This document shows, piece by piece, positions 1-9,620 of a stretch of DNA of 64,000 bases. How positions within the stretch are numbered: the first letter of the stretch is position 1; each line of letters begins with the position of its first letter. The DNA is from Chloroflexota bacterium (GTDB taxonomy: Bacteria > Chloroflexota > UBA6077 > CF-72). The translations under genes were made by a program, and so were the position numbers. Where the stretch lies: NCBI GenBank assembly GCA_019239775.1, contig JAFAZN010000231.1, positions 12,741 through 76,740 on the forward strand, given 5' to 3'. The notes under the pieces were generated by a model that worked only from the letters and a program-made list of their open reading frames with translations, did no database searches and was not told the DNA's origin.

Positions 1-880
1 GGAACTCGGTGATGCCATCCGGCTGTATGTTGGGCACAACGCGGGATGCGCTAAACCACCACAGGCCATTCAGCGGCGGCCAGACGCCGGGCAGAATGCC
101 ATCGCCAAAGTTCTTGATGCCCAGCGCTGCGCCAGCATCCGCCGCGAGCCACCCGCGTGAGAGCGCAAACTCGAAGAACGCACGCAGGTTGCCGCAGAAC
201 AGTGCCAGCACCGTGGCGATCGCGGAACCGGTTGCTGACCACAGCGTGGAGACCTGTGCCGCCCTGGCCAGACTCCACGCCAGTGACGCGAGCCCGACGG
301 TGGCAAGGGCGGGGACGGTTGCCGCCGCGAGGTTGTAGGCGACCCCCGGCTCCACGCCGCTGAGCTTTCCCAGACTCGCTGCGATGAAGTAGCCGAAGTA
401 GTAGTAGGGAACGCCATAGCCCGAAAGCCAGGTGTCTTGAGTGGGCAGGCTTTGGGCAGTCATGAAGCCATTGACGAACGCCATGTCCATCGGCTTTTCG
501 AAGAACTGAATGGCTGGTTCGTGGGCGCGGAGCAATGCGAACAGCACAAACGTCGCGGCGAACAGCGCCTCCCAGATCGCCACGAGGCTGGCGTGCCGGA
601 AGAGCCAGTTGCGCAATGCTGGCAGGCGGCCGGTCCGCCATGCCCATATCCACGCCGCAACACCTATGCCGATGAACGCGAACGCCAGGGTCGCGCGGGT
701 GAACGGCACCGACGCGAGCATGCATACGAACCAGACCAACCAGGCGAGTGCGAGCACGCCAGCAGCCTTGGCCGCGGCCCAACCGCGGTCCTTGAGTGGC
801 GCCAGCGCCTCGCTCAGCAGCGGCCAGATGGCCAGCGCCGCTACCTGCACCACCAGGTACCAGGTGAGGGCGTCGCGCAT
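1..880 (-). CDS. YYY-motif polytopic membrane protein (DUF2298 / chlor_Arch_YYY family), 5' part only; gene runs off the left edge
   Basis: Absent from the ORF track because there is no stop in the window. Reverse-strand ATG at 880-878, 4 nt after the stop of the upstream gene. My translation MRDALTWYLVVQVAALAIWPLL...FFEKPMDMAFVNGFMTAQSLPTQDTWLSGYGVPYYYFGYFIAASL is helix-rich and carries the YYYxG signature. It is collinear with the FGGEKPMNFAYLNAIV...INYYYFG stretch of the 1458-aa protein at 1909-6285. Confidence 0.7.
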   Translation of the reverse strand, partial: MRDALTWYLVVQVAALAIWPLLSEALAPLKDRGWAAAKAAGVLALAWLVWFVCMLASVPFTRATLAFAFIGIGVAAWIWAWRTGRLPALRNWLFRHASLVAIWEALFAATFVLFALLRAHEPAIQFFEKPMDMAFVNGFMTAQSLPTQDTWLSGYGVPYYYFGYFIAASLGKLSGVEPGVAYNLAAATVPALATVGLASLAWSLARAAQVSTLWSATGSAIATVLALFCGNLRAFFEFALSRGWLAADAGAALGIKNFGDGILPGVWPPLNGLWWFSASRVVPNIQPDGITEF

Positions 881-883
881 GGC

Positions 884-1852
884 TCAGAGTTCGGCGGAAA
901 CAGGCGCAGCCACGCCGCCGCGCGAGCGACTGCCCTTGAGCACGTCGCTAAACGTGTAGCCGCCCGTCCAAAGCGCGATCAGGCCGACCACCACCAGCGA
1001 GCCGTAAGAAAAAGCGTGGGTGATAAGGGCAACGCCGAGAGCCGTCGCGGTATCGACGCCGAACGTGGTGAGCGCGAGCGTGGCGGCGGCGTGGTACACA
1101 CCCACGTAGCCCGGGCTGGACGGCACTGCCTGGCCGGTGCTGGTGAGGACCACGACGAACAACGCCATCGGGATGTCCGGTGGCACGTTCAGCGACAGCA
1201 TGCCTGCCAGCGTTGAGCCGACGGAGAACAGCCATGTGATCGCCGTCCAGCCAAGCAGCAGCAGCCACAGACGCCCGTCACGTAAAGAGTCCGTCCCTTC
1301 GGCGAAATGCATTGCAGCCTCGCGCAAGCGGAGCCTCGTACTGAGGCCGAACGGCAAGTGTTGCTCGAAGAAACCGACGAGGTTCAGTGTTGGTTCTCGC
1401 CAGATGGCCAACGCGACGACGAAACCGAAGCCAACGAGGATCACCGAGGTGATCGAGACGCCGGCCACCTGGGCAGCGGCTGGCAATGAATTGGCCTGCA
1501 GAACAAGCAAAACGGCGAGGATGACGCCGATGGCCAGAAAGTCGAAGAGTTTTTCGACCAGGATGGTGCCAACGATCCCCGGGATGGGGATCCGCTGGCG
1601 CTGCCCCAGGAACACCGCGCGGACCAACTCCCCAGCGCGCAGCGGCAAGAACGCGCTCGCCATGTAGCTGATGGACAGCGTGCCCAGCAAAGACCTGAAC
1701 GGCACCCGCCGCTTCGGCAGAAAGTAGATCTGCCAGCGGGCGGCGCGCGTAATCAGCGAGCCCATGACGCAGGCAACAAGCGCCACAACAGGACCAGGCT
1801 GGGCGCGCCCAAGCGCTTCACCCACCTGCTCGATCGAGACCTGTTGCAGCAA
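884..1852 (-). CDS. UPF0104 / LPG-synthase-TM-like (flippase-like) integral membrane protein
   Basis: 322-aa ORF with multiple hydrophobic helices and an FLPLRAGELVRAVFLGQR loop typical of this family. It sits between two YYY-domain genes. Confidence 0.55.
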   Translation of the reverse strand: MLQQVSIEQVGEALGRAQPGPVVALVACVMGSLITRAARWQIYFLPKRRVPFRSLLGTLSISYMASAFLPLRAGELVRAVFLGQRQRIPIPGIVGTILVEKLFDFLAIGVILAVLLVLQANSLPAAAQVAGVSITSVILVGFGFVVALAIWREPTLNLVGFFEQHLPFGLSTRLRLREAAMHFAEGTDSLRDGRLWLLLLGWTAITWLFSVGSTLAGMLSLNVPPDIPMALFVVVLTSTGQAVPSSPGYVGVYHAAATLALTTFGVDTATALGVALITHAFSYGSLVVVGLIALWTGGYTFSDVLKGSRSRGGVAAPVSAEL

Positions 1853-1908
1853 GTAGTAGATAGCCAGCGCGCTGACGGCGAACCCAAGCGTGACCTGGAT
1901 GACCCGGC

Positions 1909-4900
1909 CTATGACTGCACCACCTCGTAGATCTGCACGCCGTCGGCATCGTACGCGAGCCGCAGGCCTGGCATGCTGGCGAATTTATCGAGGCCAGTGG
2001 CCGGGTAGTACTTGTGCTCCAGCCCGCCAATCACGATGTAACGCACCTGGTATTTACTCAGGATCGCCTGCGCCTCTTGAACGTTCGTGGAGGCGTACGC
2101 GCGCTCGACGTCGTTGATCCGCTCCTGGATCATGCCGTTGTAACCAGTCCGCTGCTGGGTCTGGTGCACGTCCCAGCCAAGGATCGTTGGCAGTCCGGTA
2201 TAGATCGAGATGCGCGAACCCCAGCGGTAGACTGGCGAGCGGCCCTCGAGCACCACCGGCGTGCCGCTCACGTTGTCCTGCAGCCAGCGGATGGCATTTG
2301 CGTCACCGGGCAGGTTGAGATCCGTCCCGTCGTCCAGGTACTGGGCGTAGTTCATGTACTGCATGCCGTCGAGCGAGAGAGGCAGGTCGGCGAATCGCAA
2401 CCCGACCTTGCCCTTGCTGGCCAGCAGTGGATAGGCCGCCGCGGCGATAACTAGCACCGCCAGGAGCGCGACCCAGGTCGGCCGCACAAGGCGCAGGAGG
2501 TGATCGCGGCCCGAGCGCCGTATCAACCAGCCAAAGGCAACCGCCGCGGTAATCGAGAGCAACACCCAGGCCTGCAGGTAGAACTTGAAGACGGTATTCA
2601 TGCGACCAATGTCGCCCTGCAATGCGACGAACTCAGGGATGAGCGTGGCGAACAGCGCCACGCCGAAGAGAGCGGCCTGGAGCGCGCGATTTGACTGGCG
2701 CCAATGCGCCACGCACGCCGCCGCCGCAGCGAAGATGCCGACCGCCAGGAAGGCACGGGTTGGATAGCCCGCGAGTACGAAAACCGCACCGATCAAGGCG
2801 CCCGACGCGAATAGCCACGCCGCAAGAGTGTTGAATCGGCTCAAACCTTCGAGCGGGACAATGGTGCTGTAATAGCCCGGTTCGGGCACCAGGTGAGTAC
2901 GGACGTAAACCGCAGTGGCGCGGCGGGCCGCCTGAACCCCGTACCACACCAGCAGCGATGCGCCGAGATAGAAGAACAGGCCGTGAATCGTGAGAAATTG
3001 GCTCAACGCCGTTTTGGCCTTGACCGGATCGACGCCGGTATAGAACAGCTGGTAGCGCTGCAGGTACGGCGCAAAGGCCACCTGCGCGATAACCCCAAAT
3101 AGTGCCAGGCTAATGATCAGCGTGGAGATCGCCTGTCGGTCGAGTCGAAGTAACCCAGGCAGGCTGCCAAGCACGAGCGTCAGCGCGACTATGGCGGCAT
3201 ACGTCGGGAAGTCCCAGGTGTTGGTCGCGCGCAACATGGCCACCAGCACGCCACTGATGGCCACTGGGGCCCAGGGCACGTGGTGTGGGTCGGCACGCAG
3301 CGCACGCATGAGGCTCAGGCCAATCAGCACAACCGTGACGGTCAGCGGCAACGCGAGCTGGTGCGCGTGCAGGTCGCCATACAGGAACGTGAAGTACGGA
3401 AACTCGTGAATTGGTCCAACGTCTTCGGGGCCAATGAAGCGCGTGCTCCGCCAGAAATCGAGCACTGGGAAATGTGCGCCCTCGAGGATTGCGAGGACGC
3501 CCGCGGCCAGTCGGACGATGCCTCCCGTCAATGGCGCAAGCTCGCCGCCCAATCGCCACAGCTGATCGAGCACCTGGAGGCCGGCGTCGAGGTTGCCCAA
3601 CACGCCAGTGAGGAGGACCGCGGCGGCGCCTGCCAGGTAGGCATGCGCACGGTGTACTCGGCCGCGCAGTGGGAGGCTGAGCGAGAAGGCTACCGCGAAG
3701 ACGCCCGCGCACAGCGCGCCATAGAGCGTTGGTTCAGCCAGGTTGAAGGCTATTTGAGGCAGGATCGAGGTGAGCTTGATCGGAACCGCGACCAGGACCA
3801 GCCCAAAGTAGTAGTAGTTGATGATTCCGCCCGCAAACCACGGGTCATACGGCGGGAAGTAGTCGCTTTTGACAATCGCGTTAAGATACGCGAAGTTCAT
3901 TGGCTTTTCGCCGCCGAAGACCGGATGCCAGAGATCGGGATTGGCGGCACGGATCCACGCGAAGAGCGCAAAACCTGCGAGGAAGACCGCCTCGATGACC
4001 AGGAGTAACCGACTCTCTTTGCGCAACCACGCGACGAACCGCGCACGCCGTGGCCAGGTTGCCGCGAACGACAGCGCCAGCAGGAGCAGCCACGCCAGAA
4101 GGAGCAGCGGTCGTTCAAACGGCGCGAGTTTCAGGCTCGCTACTAGCCACCCCACGTATGCGACGAACGCAAGACCGAGGATCTTGCTCGCGCCGTAGCC
4201 GCGATCGGAGACAAACGGCAGTGCGCGCCAGAGCGCGGGTACGGCTGATAGCGACAGCAGCTCCACGACAATGAGCCACACGGGCAGCGAGACCTGATTC
4301 ACCAGTGCGTCGCGGTTGAAGAGCTGGCTCCACGTGCCCGCGACGAGCTGTGCCTGTTGCTCGAATGTTGTTTGCAGGAGCGCGCCTTTCCCACCGTCGA
4401 TCGGCCGCACGTTGACCACGCGGTCGAGCGAGACCGCGTCCAGCTGCGCCCGCATGCTCGCGCTAGAATAGTCGGGCCGTTTCTGCCAGACCTCGACCAA
4501 TGGATGGTCGTAAACCGTGAAGTCCTCCTGAGCCAGGCTGTCGTCGAACTGGAGTGGTCCGAGAGAGGGCTCGACCTGGAACCGACCCACCAGCTCGAAA
4601 CCGAGCTGCCCGGACTCGAGCAAGCGGTAATACGTCGTGGCTAGTGGGTAGCGTTCGGGCAGCCGTGGGATCGAGCCGATCAGCCGACGGCTCGCCATCA
4701 CGACGTACTGACTCTGGTCCAGGACGCCTTCGAGCTTCGTGCGCTTGTCAGGTGTCTCGGGGTCATACAGCGCGAGCTCGGCATAGCGGTACCGACCGGG
4801 ATCGCCGCCGGGTCGCGCCAGCGGTAGCCTGTCGTCCCAGTGCTCGGTCGCGAGCGTGGCTCCCGCGGGGACGTTCTTGTAGATCCAGTCCGACGCCGTG

Positions 4901-6285
4901 AAACGGGACAGCGGCTGGCCGTAGATGCCGTGGCTGAAAGCCAGCGCCCAGCCCGCCGTCAATGCGACCACCGCCGGAGCGATCAAACGATGCAGGCCTG
5001 CCAGCTGCCAGCCGCCGCGACGCCCGAGCCATTGAGTGCCCACGATCAGCACATATGCGCCCAGCATCACCAGGGTGAAGTACGTGGGCAGCAGGTACCG
5101 CAGGAACTTGGCGAACTGGCCACCAAAGTAGAACAGATTGACGACCGTCCACAGGATCACCAGGAGCGCCTCGCGCTCATATGCGTGGCCGCGTACGAGG
5201 CGCCAGCAGGCCACGCCCAATCCAACCAGGCAGGTGATGCCAAGCGCGGGCCCCATCGCCCACTGGACGATGTTCTGCAGCACAAACGTGTAGGCCGGTG
5301 TGCCCGCCCACTGGATCATGAACGGAACGTCGATCGTTCCGGAGCTGACCTCGACCTGGTACGCCTTATCGGTAAGCCACTGCGGATTGAGCCGAAGGCC
5401 CCAAACGGCAGGTCCCAGGAAGGCGTAGGGCTCCGTCAGACGAAACGCGAAAAACGCGCCGACCAGGGCGACGCCAAAGGCGGTCACGCCGTCGAAGAAC
5501 TGCGTCACGTTTGGTCGGCTGTGCCTGGGCCAGATGAATGTGAGGCCCAGTACGGGCAGGAGCAGCAGTGCGCTGATCTTCGATGCGGCCGCGAGCCCGA
5601 CGAAAACGCCCGTGATCAGGCCGTCGAGCAGGCTCTCGCGCTGCCAGGTGCGCTGCCCAAAGTACAGCGCACCAGCCGCGAAGCAGGTCGCGAACGTGTC
5701 GACCGCGAAGAAGTGCGCCAGTTGGATGTGCAGCACCGTCAGCGCAAGCAGCAGCGCTGTGAGGTGCGCGGTACGCACGCCAAACACGCGTCGTGCCAGC
5801 AGCCAGGCGAACACGATCGTGCCCAGGTCCGCCATGGCCGACAGCGCACGTCCGACCTGGTAGACGCGGTCATAGCTGGTAAATGCGACACACCCGCCGC
5901 ACACTGGCAGCAGCTCCGCAACCGCGCGGGTCAACGTCAGCGGGAACTGGCCGTAGGCGTAGTTCGACTGCCCGTTCGCGTACGGGTTCAGGCTCGAACG
6001 TGGCGTGTTGAAGTACTCGCCAAGTGAGGCGGGCATGCTCACCTGGCTGGCCACGATGGTCATGAACCGCTCGTCGGGGTGCTGGTGGCTGTTGTCGTCC
6101 CAGGACTCGAGCGCGTTGAAGCGGAACGCGGCTGCGACCAGCAGGATCAGCCCCAGCACCACCAGGTGCTTAAGCAGGCCGCCAGATCGCCAGGCGGACA
6201 ACACGCGTGATAGAAGCTCTACCAAGGCCATCAGCCGTATCCGGGGGTGACCGGGATTCTCGCATCGCCGGCCAACTTCTCGCAC
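1909..6285 (-). CDS. 1458-aa polytopic membrane protein: PMT/ArnT-like GT-C N-terminal module plus a DUF2298/YYY module
   Basis: Longest ORF in the region, with many hydrophobic segments. SWDDNSHQHPDERFMTIV and NYAYGQFP lie near the N-terminus; FGGEKPMNFAYLNAIV...GGIINYYYFGLVL lies mid-protein. Alternative start ATG at 6231 (MALVELL). Confidence 0.8.
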   Translation of the reverse strand: MREVGRRCENPGHPRIRLMALVELLSRVLSAWRSGGLLKHLVVLGLILLVAAAFRFNALESWDDNSHQHPDERFMTIVASQVSMPASLGEYFNTPRSSLNPYANGQSNYAYGQFPLTLTRAVAELLPVCGGCVAFTSYDRVYQVGRALSAMADLGTIVFAWLLARRVFGVRTAHLTALLLALTVLHIQLAHFFAVDTFATCFAAGALYFGQRTWQRESLLDGLITGVFVGLAAASKISALLLLPVLGLTFIWPRHSRPNVTQFFDGVTAFGVALVGAFFAFRLTEPYAFLGPAVWGLRLNPQWLTDKAYQVEVSSGTIDVPFMIQWAGTPAYTFVLQNIVQWAMGPALGITCLVGLGVACWRLVRGHAYEREALLVILWTVVNLFYFGGQFAKFLRYLLPTYFTLVMLGAYVLIVGTQWLGRRGGWQLAGLHRLIAPAVVALTAGWALAFSHGIYGQPLSRFTASDWIYKNVPAGATLATEHWDDRLPLARPGGDPGRYRYAELALYDPETPDKRTKLEGVLDQSQYVVMASRRLIGSIPRLPERYPLATTYYRLLESGQLGFELVGRFQVEPSLGPLQFDDSLAQEDFTVYDHPLVEVWQKRPDYSSASMRAQLDAVSLDRVVNVRPIDGGKGALLQTTFEQQAQLVAGTWSQLFNRDALVNQVSLPVWLIVVELLSLSAVPALWRALPFVSDRGYGASKILGLAFVAYVGWLVASLKLAPFERPLLLLAWLLLLALSFAATWPRRARFVAWLRKESRLLLVIEAVFLAGFALFAWIRAANPDLWHPVFGGEKPMNFAYLNAIVKSDYFPPYDPWFAGGIINYYYFGLVLVAVPIKLTSILPQIAFNLAEPTLYGALCAGVFAVAFSLSLPLRGRVHRAHAYLAGAAAVLLTGVLGNLDAGLQVLDQLWRLGGELAPLTGGIVRLAAGVLAILEGAHFPVLDFWRSTRFIGPEDVGPIHEFPYFTFLYGDLHAHQLALPLTVTVVLIGLSLMRALRADPHHVPWAPVAISGVLVAMLRATNTWDFPTYAAIVALTLVLGSLPGLLRLDRQAISTLIISLALFGVIAQVAFAPYLQRYQLFYTGVDPVKAKTALSQFLTIHGLFFYLGASLLVWYGVQAARRATAVYVRTHLVPEPGYYSTIVPLEGLSRFNTLAAWLFASGALIGAVFVLAGYPTRAFLAVGIFAAAAACVAHWRQSNRALQAALFGVALFATLIPEFVALQGDIGRMNTVFKFYLQAWVLLSITAAVAFGWLIRRSGRDHLLRLVRPTWVALLAVLVIAAAAYPLLASKGKVGLRFADLPLSLDGMQYMNYAQYLDDGTDLNLPGDANAIRWLQDNVSGTPVVLEGRSPVYRWGSRISIYTGLPTILGWDVHQTQQRTGYNGMIQERINDVERAYASTNVQEAQAILSKYQVRYIVIGGLEHKYYPATGLDKFASMPGLRLAYDADGVQIYEVVQS

Positions 6286-6294
6286 GGAGGACGC

Positions 6295-6627
6295 ATGTCA
6301 GATACAGCCTTTGCTGATTTGCGGTACGACCGGGTGTGTCGCACACCGCAGTCGGAAGCCTATTTGCTGAGCGAGGGTGATCAGCCGTTCGGGCGGGTTG
6401 ATCTTCACTTTGGCACCAGCGTGGTGCACGGTGTGCTCATCGTGGAGCGCGATCTCGGGGACGAAGACCTGCACGGGCTGGTGCAGCGCATCGACGATGA
6501 CCTGGTGTGGACTGCCGATCGGCCGCGCGACGACTTCCTCGTCACCGTCTATCAGGGGATGGAACGCGGAGTTATCTCTGACGGCAACGGCTCAGAGGAC
6601 GACGATGCCGATGACGAGGACGACTGA
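6295..6627 (+). CDS. hypothetical 110-aa protein with poly-acidic C-terminus (SEDDDADDEDD)
   Basis: In-frame ATG at 6295 preceded by GGAGG (6286-6290). The ORF-track start at 6247 would overlap the divergent gene. No family recognised. Confidence 0.45.
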   Translation: MSDTAFADLRYDRVCRTPQSEAYLLSEGDQPFGRVDLHFGTSVVHGVLIVERDLGDEDLHGLVQRIDDDLVWTADRPRDDFLVTVYQGMERGVISDGNGSEDDDADDEDD

Positions 6628-6670
6628 GGTGCGGGCTGCTAACGCCCAGGTGTTGCGCATCACGCGAAAC

Positions 6671-6756
6671 GTTCTCACCACACGAGTTTCTCACCACGGA
6701 CGGTTGTCACCACACGAAGGAAACATTCATCACCTGACGGTGTCATCACCCAGAGG
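6671..6756. repeat. Five imperfect tandem ~16-nt repeats with core TCACCAC / TCATCACC
   Basis: Cores start at 6675, 6691, 6707, 6727 and 6743 (spacing 16, 16, 20, 16) in the gap between convergent genes (6627 and 6776). Confidence 0.8.
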
Positions 6757-6775
6757 ATTTCGGCGGGTCGGGTGA

Positions 6776-7534
6776 TCAGGCCTTGAGGCCCCAGGTGGCG
6801 ATGTGCTCGATCAAGTCGTGGTTGGTGAGGTCCAGCTGCACAGGGGTGATGGAGACGTAGCCGGCTGCCACCGCGTGGAGGTCGGTGCCAGGCTCGCCTG
6901 TCCCCCCGGGCGGGCCGCCGCCAATCCAGAAGTAGTCACGCCCGAATGGGTCTTTGCGGCGAATGAGCTCGTCGTTGTATTCGCGTCTGCCCAGCCGGGT
7001 GACCTGAACACCGCGAATGTCGGTTCGCCGTCCGCTTGGGACGTTCACGTTCAACAAGACGTCGCGTTCGAGCCCGGACTTCAGCACTCTGCGGGCGAGG
7101 CGAGCCGCGAATTGTGCGGCATAGTGAAAATCCCACTGGTAATAGTCGGCGAGTGAAATGGCGATCGCGGGAACCCCAGATACGACGCCTTCCATCGCCG
7201 CGGAAACGGTGCCTGAGTACGTGATGTCGCTGCCCATATTTGGCCCCGTATTGATCCCAGAAACCACGAGCCGAGGTCGCTCGGGCGCAAGGCCGAGGAA
7301 CCCCAGCGCGACACAATCCGATGGCGATCCATCGCTGGAGAATGCCTTCAAGCGAGACCCGGGCAGCGTGATCTCGGCGACGCGTAGCGGACGGTCCAAT
7401 GTCTTGGTGTGGCCTGCCGCGGTCCAGTTGCGGTTCGGGGCAATCACACAGATCTCTTCCACGCTGGTGAGCGCGCGGGCCAGCGCCACAAGTCCTGGCG
7501 AGTCGATACCGTCGTCATTGGTAACCAAAATCAT
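6776..7534 (-). CDS. surE: 5'/3'-nucleotidase SurE
   Basis: MILVTNDDGIDSPGLVALARAL N-terminus and a ~250-aa length are typical of SurE. Confidence 0.9.
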   Translation of the reverse strand: MILVTNDDGIDSPGLVALARALTSVEEICVIAPNRNWTAAGHTKTLDRPLRVAEITLPGSRLKAFSSDGSPSDCVALGFLGLAPERPRLVVSGINTGPNMGSDITYSGTVSAAMEGVVSGVPAIAISLADYYQWDFHYAAQFAARLARRVLKSGLERDVLLNVNVPSGRRTDIRGVQVTRLGRREYNDELIRRKDPFGRDYFWIGGGPPGGTGEPGTDLHAVAAGYVSITPVQLDLTNHDLIEHIATWGLKA

Positions 7535-7539
7535 CGTGT

Positions 7540-7965
7540 GTGCTGCAAGCTACACTGTCGGCGCCGACGCTCGTGGGTGACCTGGATGCCCTGATCGTGC
7601 GGGCGCGCGAGGTTGCGTCGCGCGCCTATGCCCCCTACTCACACTTCCGCGTAGGCGCCGCCCTGGTGGACGCGCAGGGCGCAGTCCACGTCGGCTGCAA
7701 CGTTGAAAACGCCAGCTATGGGCTTACCGTCTGCGCGGAGCGCAACGCCATTTTCGGCGCGATCGCGGCGAGTGCCGCTCGGCCGTTTGCGGCCCTGGCG
7801 GTGAGTTGCGTCGACGCCACCGAAGGTGGGTGTTCACCGTGCGGGGCCTGTCGCCAGGTCATCGTCGAGCATTTTCGCGGCGATGCACCAGTCCAGGTAG
7901 ATGGCCTTGGCTGCTTCACCGTAAGCGAGCTGCTACCGCACAGCTTTCAGATGGAGCGCGCGTGA
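7540..7965 (+). CDS. cdd: cytidine deaminase
   Basis: Zinc motifs CAERNAIFGAI and SPCGACRQVI. GTG at 7540 is only 5 nt from the divergent surE start, so in-frame GTG at 7573 (VGDLDALIV) is an equally likely start. Confidence 0.85.
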   Translation: MLQATLSAPTLVGDLDALIVRAREVASRAYAPYSHFRVGAALVDAQGAVHVGCNVENASYGLTVCAERNAIFGAIAASAARPFAALAVSCVDATEGGCSPCGACRQVIVEHFRGDAPVQVDGLGCFTVSELLPHSFQMERA

Positions 7966-9620
7966 GCGTTCTGGCGCAGCGGAACGCGAGCCTGGAAGCG
8001 CTCGAACGAACCCAGTTCGATGCGCTGGTTGTGGGTGGCGGCATCGTCGGCACAGGTATCGCCCGCGACCTCGCGCTGCGCGGGCTGAAGGTTGCGTTGG
8101 TGGAGAAAAACGATCTTGCTTCGGGAACCTCGTCGCGCCCGACGCGGTTGATCCACGGCGGCCTCCGGTACCTCGAAATGTTCGATTTCGGCCTGGTGCG
8201 CACCGACATGCGCGAACGTGAGGTCCTGCTGCACCTGGCGCCGCACCTCGTTCAGCCGCTGCAGTTCTTGATGCCGATGTACGGGCGTGGTGTGCTGTAC
8301 CGCGCCAAGCTGCAAGCCGGCATGCAGCTGTACGACGCCCTGTCATTCGACAAAAGCCTGCCCACGCGCCAGTGGCTCAACAAGCGGCAGCTCTTGCGAG
8401 TCGAACCCGGCCTCAGCCCTACCGCGTTGCAAGGTGCCTGGCAGTTCTACGATGGCCAGCTGTCGCTGGTTGAACGCCTGGTTGTGGAGAACGCACTCGA
8501 CGCAGCGCAGCACGAGGCGGTAGTCGCCACATGCGCTCACGTCGTCGAGTTTCTGCGCGACGACCTGGGCGGCGTCGTCGGCGCACGCGTGCAGGATCGC
8601 CTGAGCGGCCAGTCTCTTGATGTACGGGCGCGGCTAACCGTAAACGCAACCGGCCCGTGGCTGGACCTCACCACGCAGACGCTTCGGCCCGGAAGACGAC
8701 CGTTGCTGCGGCTCACCAAGGGCGTACATCTCGTGACGCCCTCAGCAACACGGAAAGCGCATGTTCTTTTCGCCCAGAAGGACGGACGTCTGTTTTTCGT
8801 CATTCCCTGGTTGGGCTACTCGCTGGTCGGGACAACCGACACGGACTACGTCGGCGACCCCGCGGATGCCGCGGCAACCGATGAGGATGTCGAGTACCTC
8901 GTCAGCGAGGCGCGAAGCGTGTTCCCCGATGGGCAGTTCGATCAGATCTACTACGCATACGCTGGGGTGCGAGCCTTAGTTCGCATCGAGCATGTTGCTG
9001 AAGGCAAGGTGTCGCGCAAACACGCCCTGTACGACCATGCTCGACGTGACGGCGTCCCAGGGCTGGTATCCGTCGTCGGCGGAAAGATCACTGGCTACCG
9101 CGCGATTGCCGAGGAAGTTGGCGACCTGGTCGCGCGCAAGCTTCGCTGGCCCCGACGTGAGTTGCCCACCGACGCCGAGCCATTGCCTGGCGGCCACTTG
9201 CGGGACCTCGAAACCTATGTCATCGACGAAGTCTGGCCGCGAGCGGCCGCGTTCGGACTGGATCGAGAACAGGCCGAACACCTTGGGTCCATGTACGGCT
9301 CGATGACACCAGCGGTTTTGGCCCGTATTGAGCGCAATCCGCGGCTTGCCGAACGCGTGTGTCCGAACGAACCGACCATAGCCGCCCAGTTGGAGCACGC
9401 CGTGGAGTCGGAATGGGCGCTGTCGCTTGGAGACGTCCTGCTGCGCCGCACCGCACTCGGGCTGCGAGCCTGCCAGGCCCTGGACTGCCTGGACACCGTC
9501 GTGGAGCGCGTCGCGCCGCTGCTCGGCTGGGATACGGCTGAACGCGCCAGTCAGGTAGAGGCGTACCGACGCGAGCTCGCGCCGATGCGCCGCTTCAGTC
9601 GAGAGCCGGCCACGGTATGA
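7962..9620 (+). CDS. glpD: FAD-dependent glycerol-3-phosphate dehydrogenase
   Basis: [56 protein letters not shown] at 7962 overlaps the cdd stop (GTGA). The track start at 7806 gives an Arg-rich extension inside cdd. Confidence 0.9.
   Translation: MSVLAQRNASLEALERTQFDALVVGGGIVGTGIARDLALRGLKVALVEKNDLASGTSSRPTRLIHGGLRYLEMFDFGLVRTDMREREVLLHLAPHLVQPLQFLMPMYGRGVLYRAKLQAGMQLYDALSFDKSLPTRQWLNKRQLLRVEPGLSPTALQGAWQFYDGQLSLVERLVVENALDAAQHEAVVATCAHVVEFLRDDLGGVVGARVQDRLSGQSLDVRARLTVNATGPWLDLTTQTLRPGRRPLLRLTKGVHLVTPSATRKAHVLFAQKDGRLFFVIPWLGYSLVGTTDTDYVGDPADAAATDEDVEYLVSEARSVFPDGQFDQIYYAYAGVRALVRIEHVAEGKVSRKHALYDHARRDGVPGLVSVVGGKITGYRAIAEEVGDLVARKLRWPRRELPTDAEPLPGGHLRDLETYVIDEVWPRAAAFGLDREQAEHLGSMYGSMTPAVLARIERNPRLAERVCPNEPTIAAQLEHAVESEWALSLGDVLLRRTALGLRACQALDCLDTVVERVAPLLGWDTAERASQVEAYRRELAPMRRFSREPATV

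Noticed and set aside
7806-7961. N-terminal extensions in the ORF track: glpD from 7806, the 22372 start, polA from 16946, tadG-like from 46837, REC-CpaE from 48949, LysM from 40889, groES from 25516 and the aminotransferase from 28924
   Set aside because: The extensions are Arg-rich and overlap neighbouring genes or regulatory elements. Internal starts with SD sequences or stop/start overlaps give N-termini matching the families.
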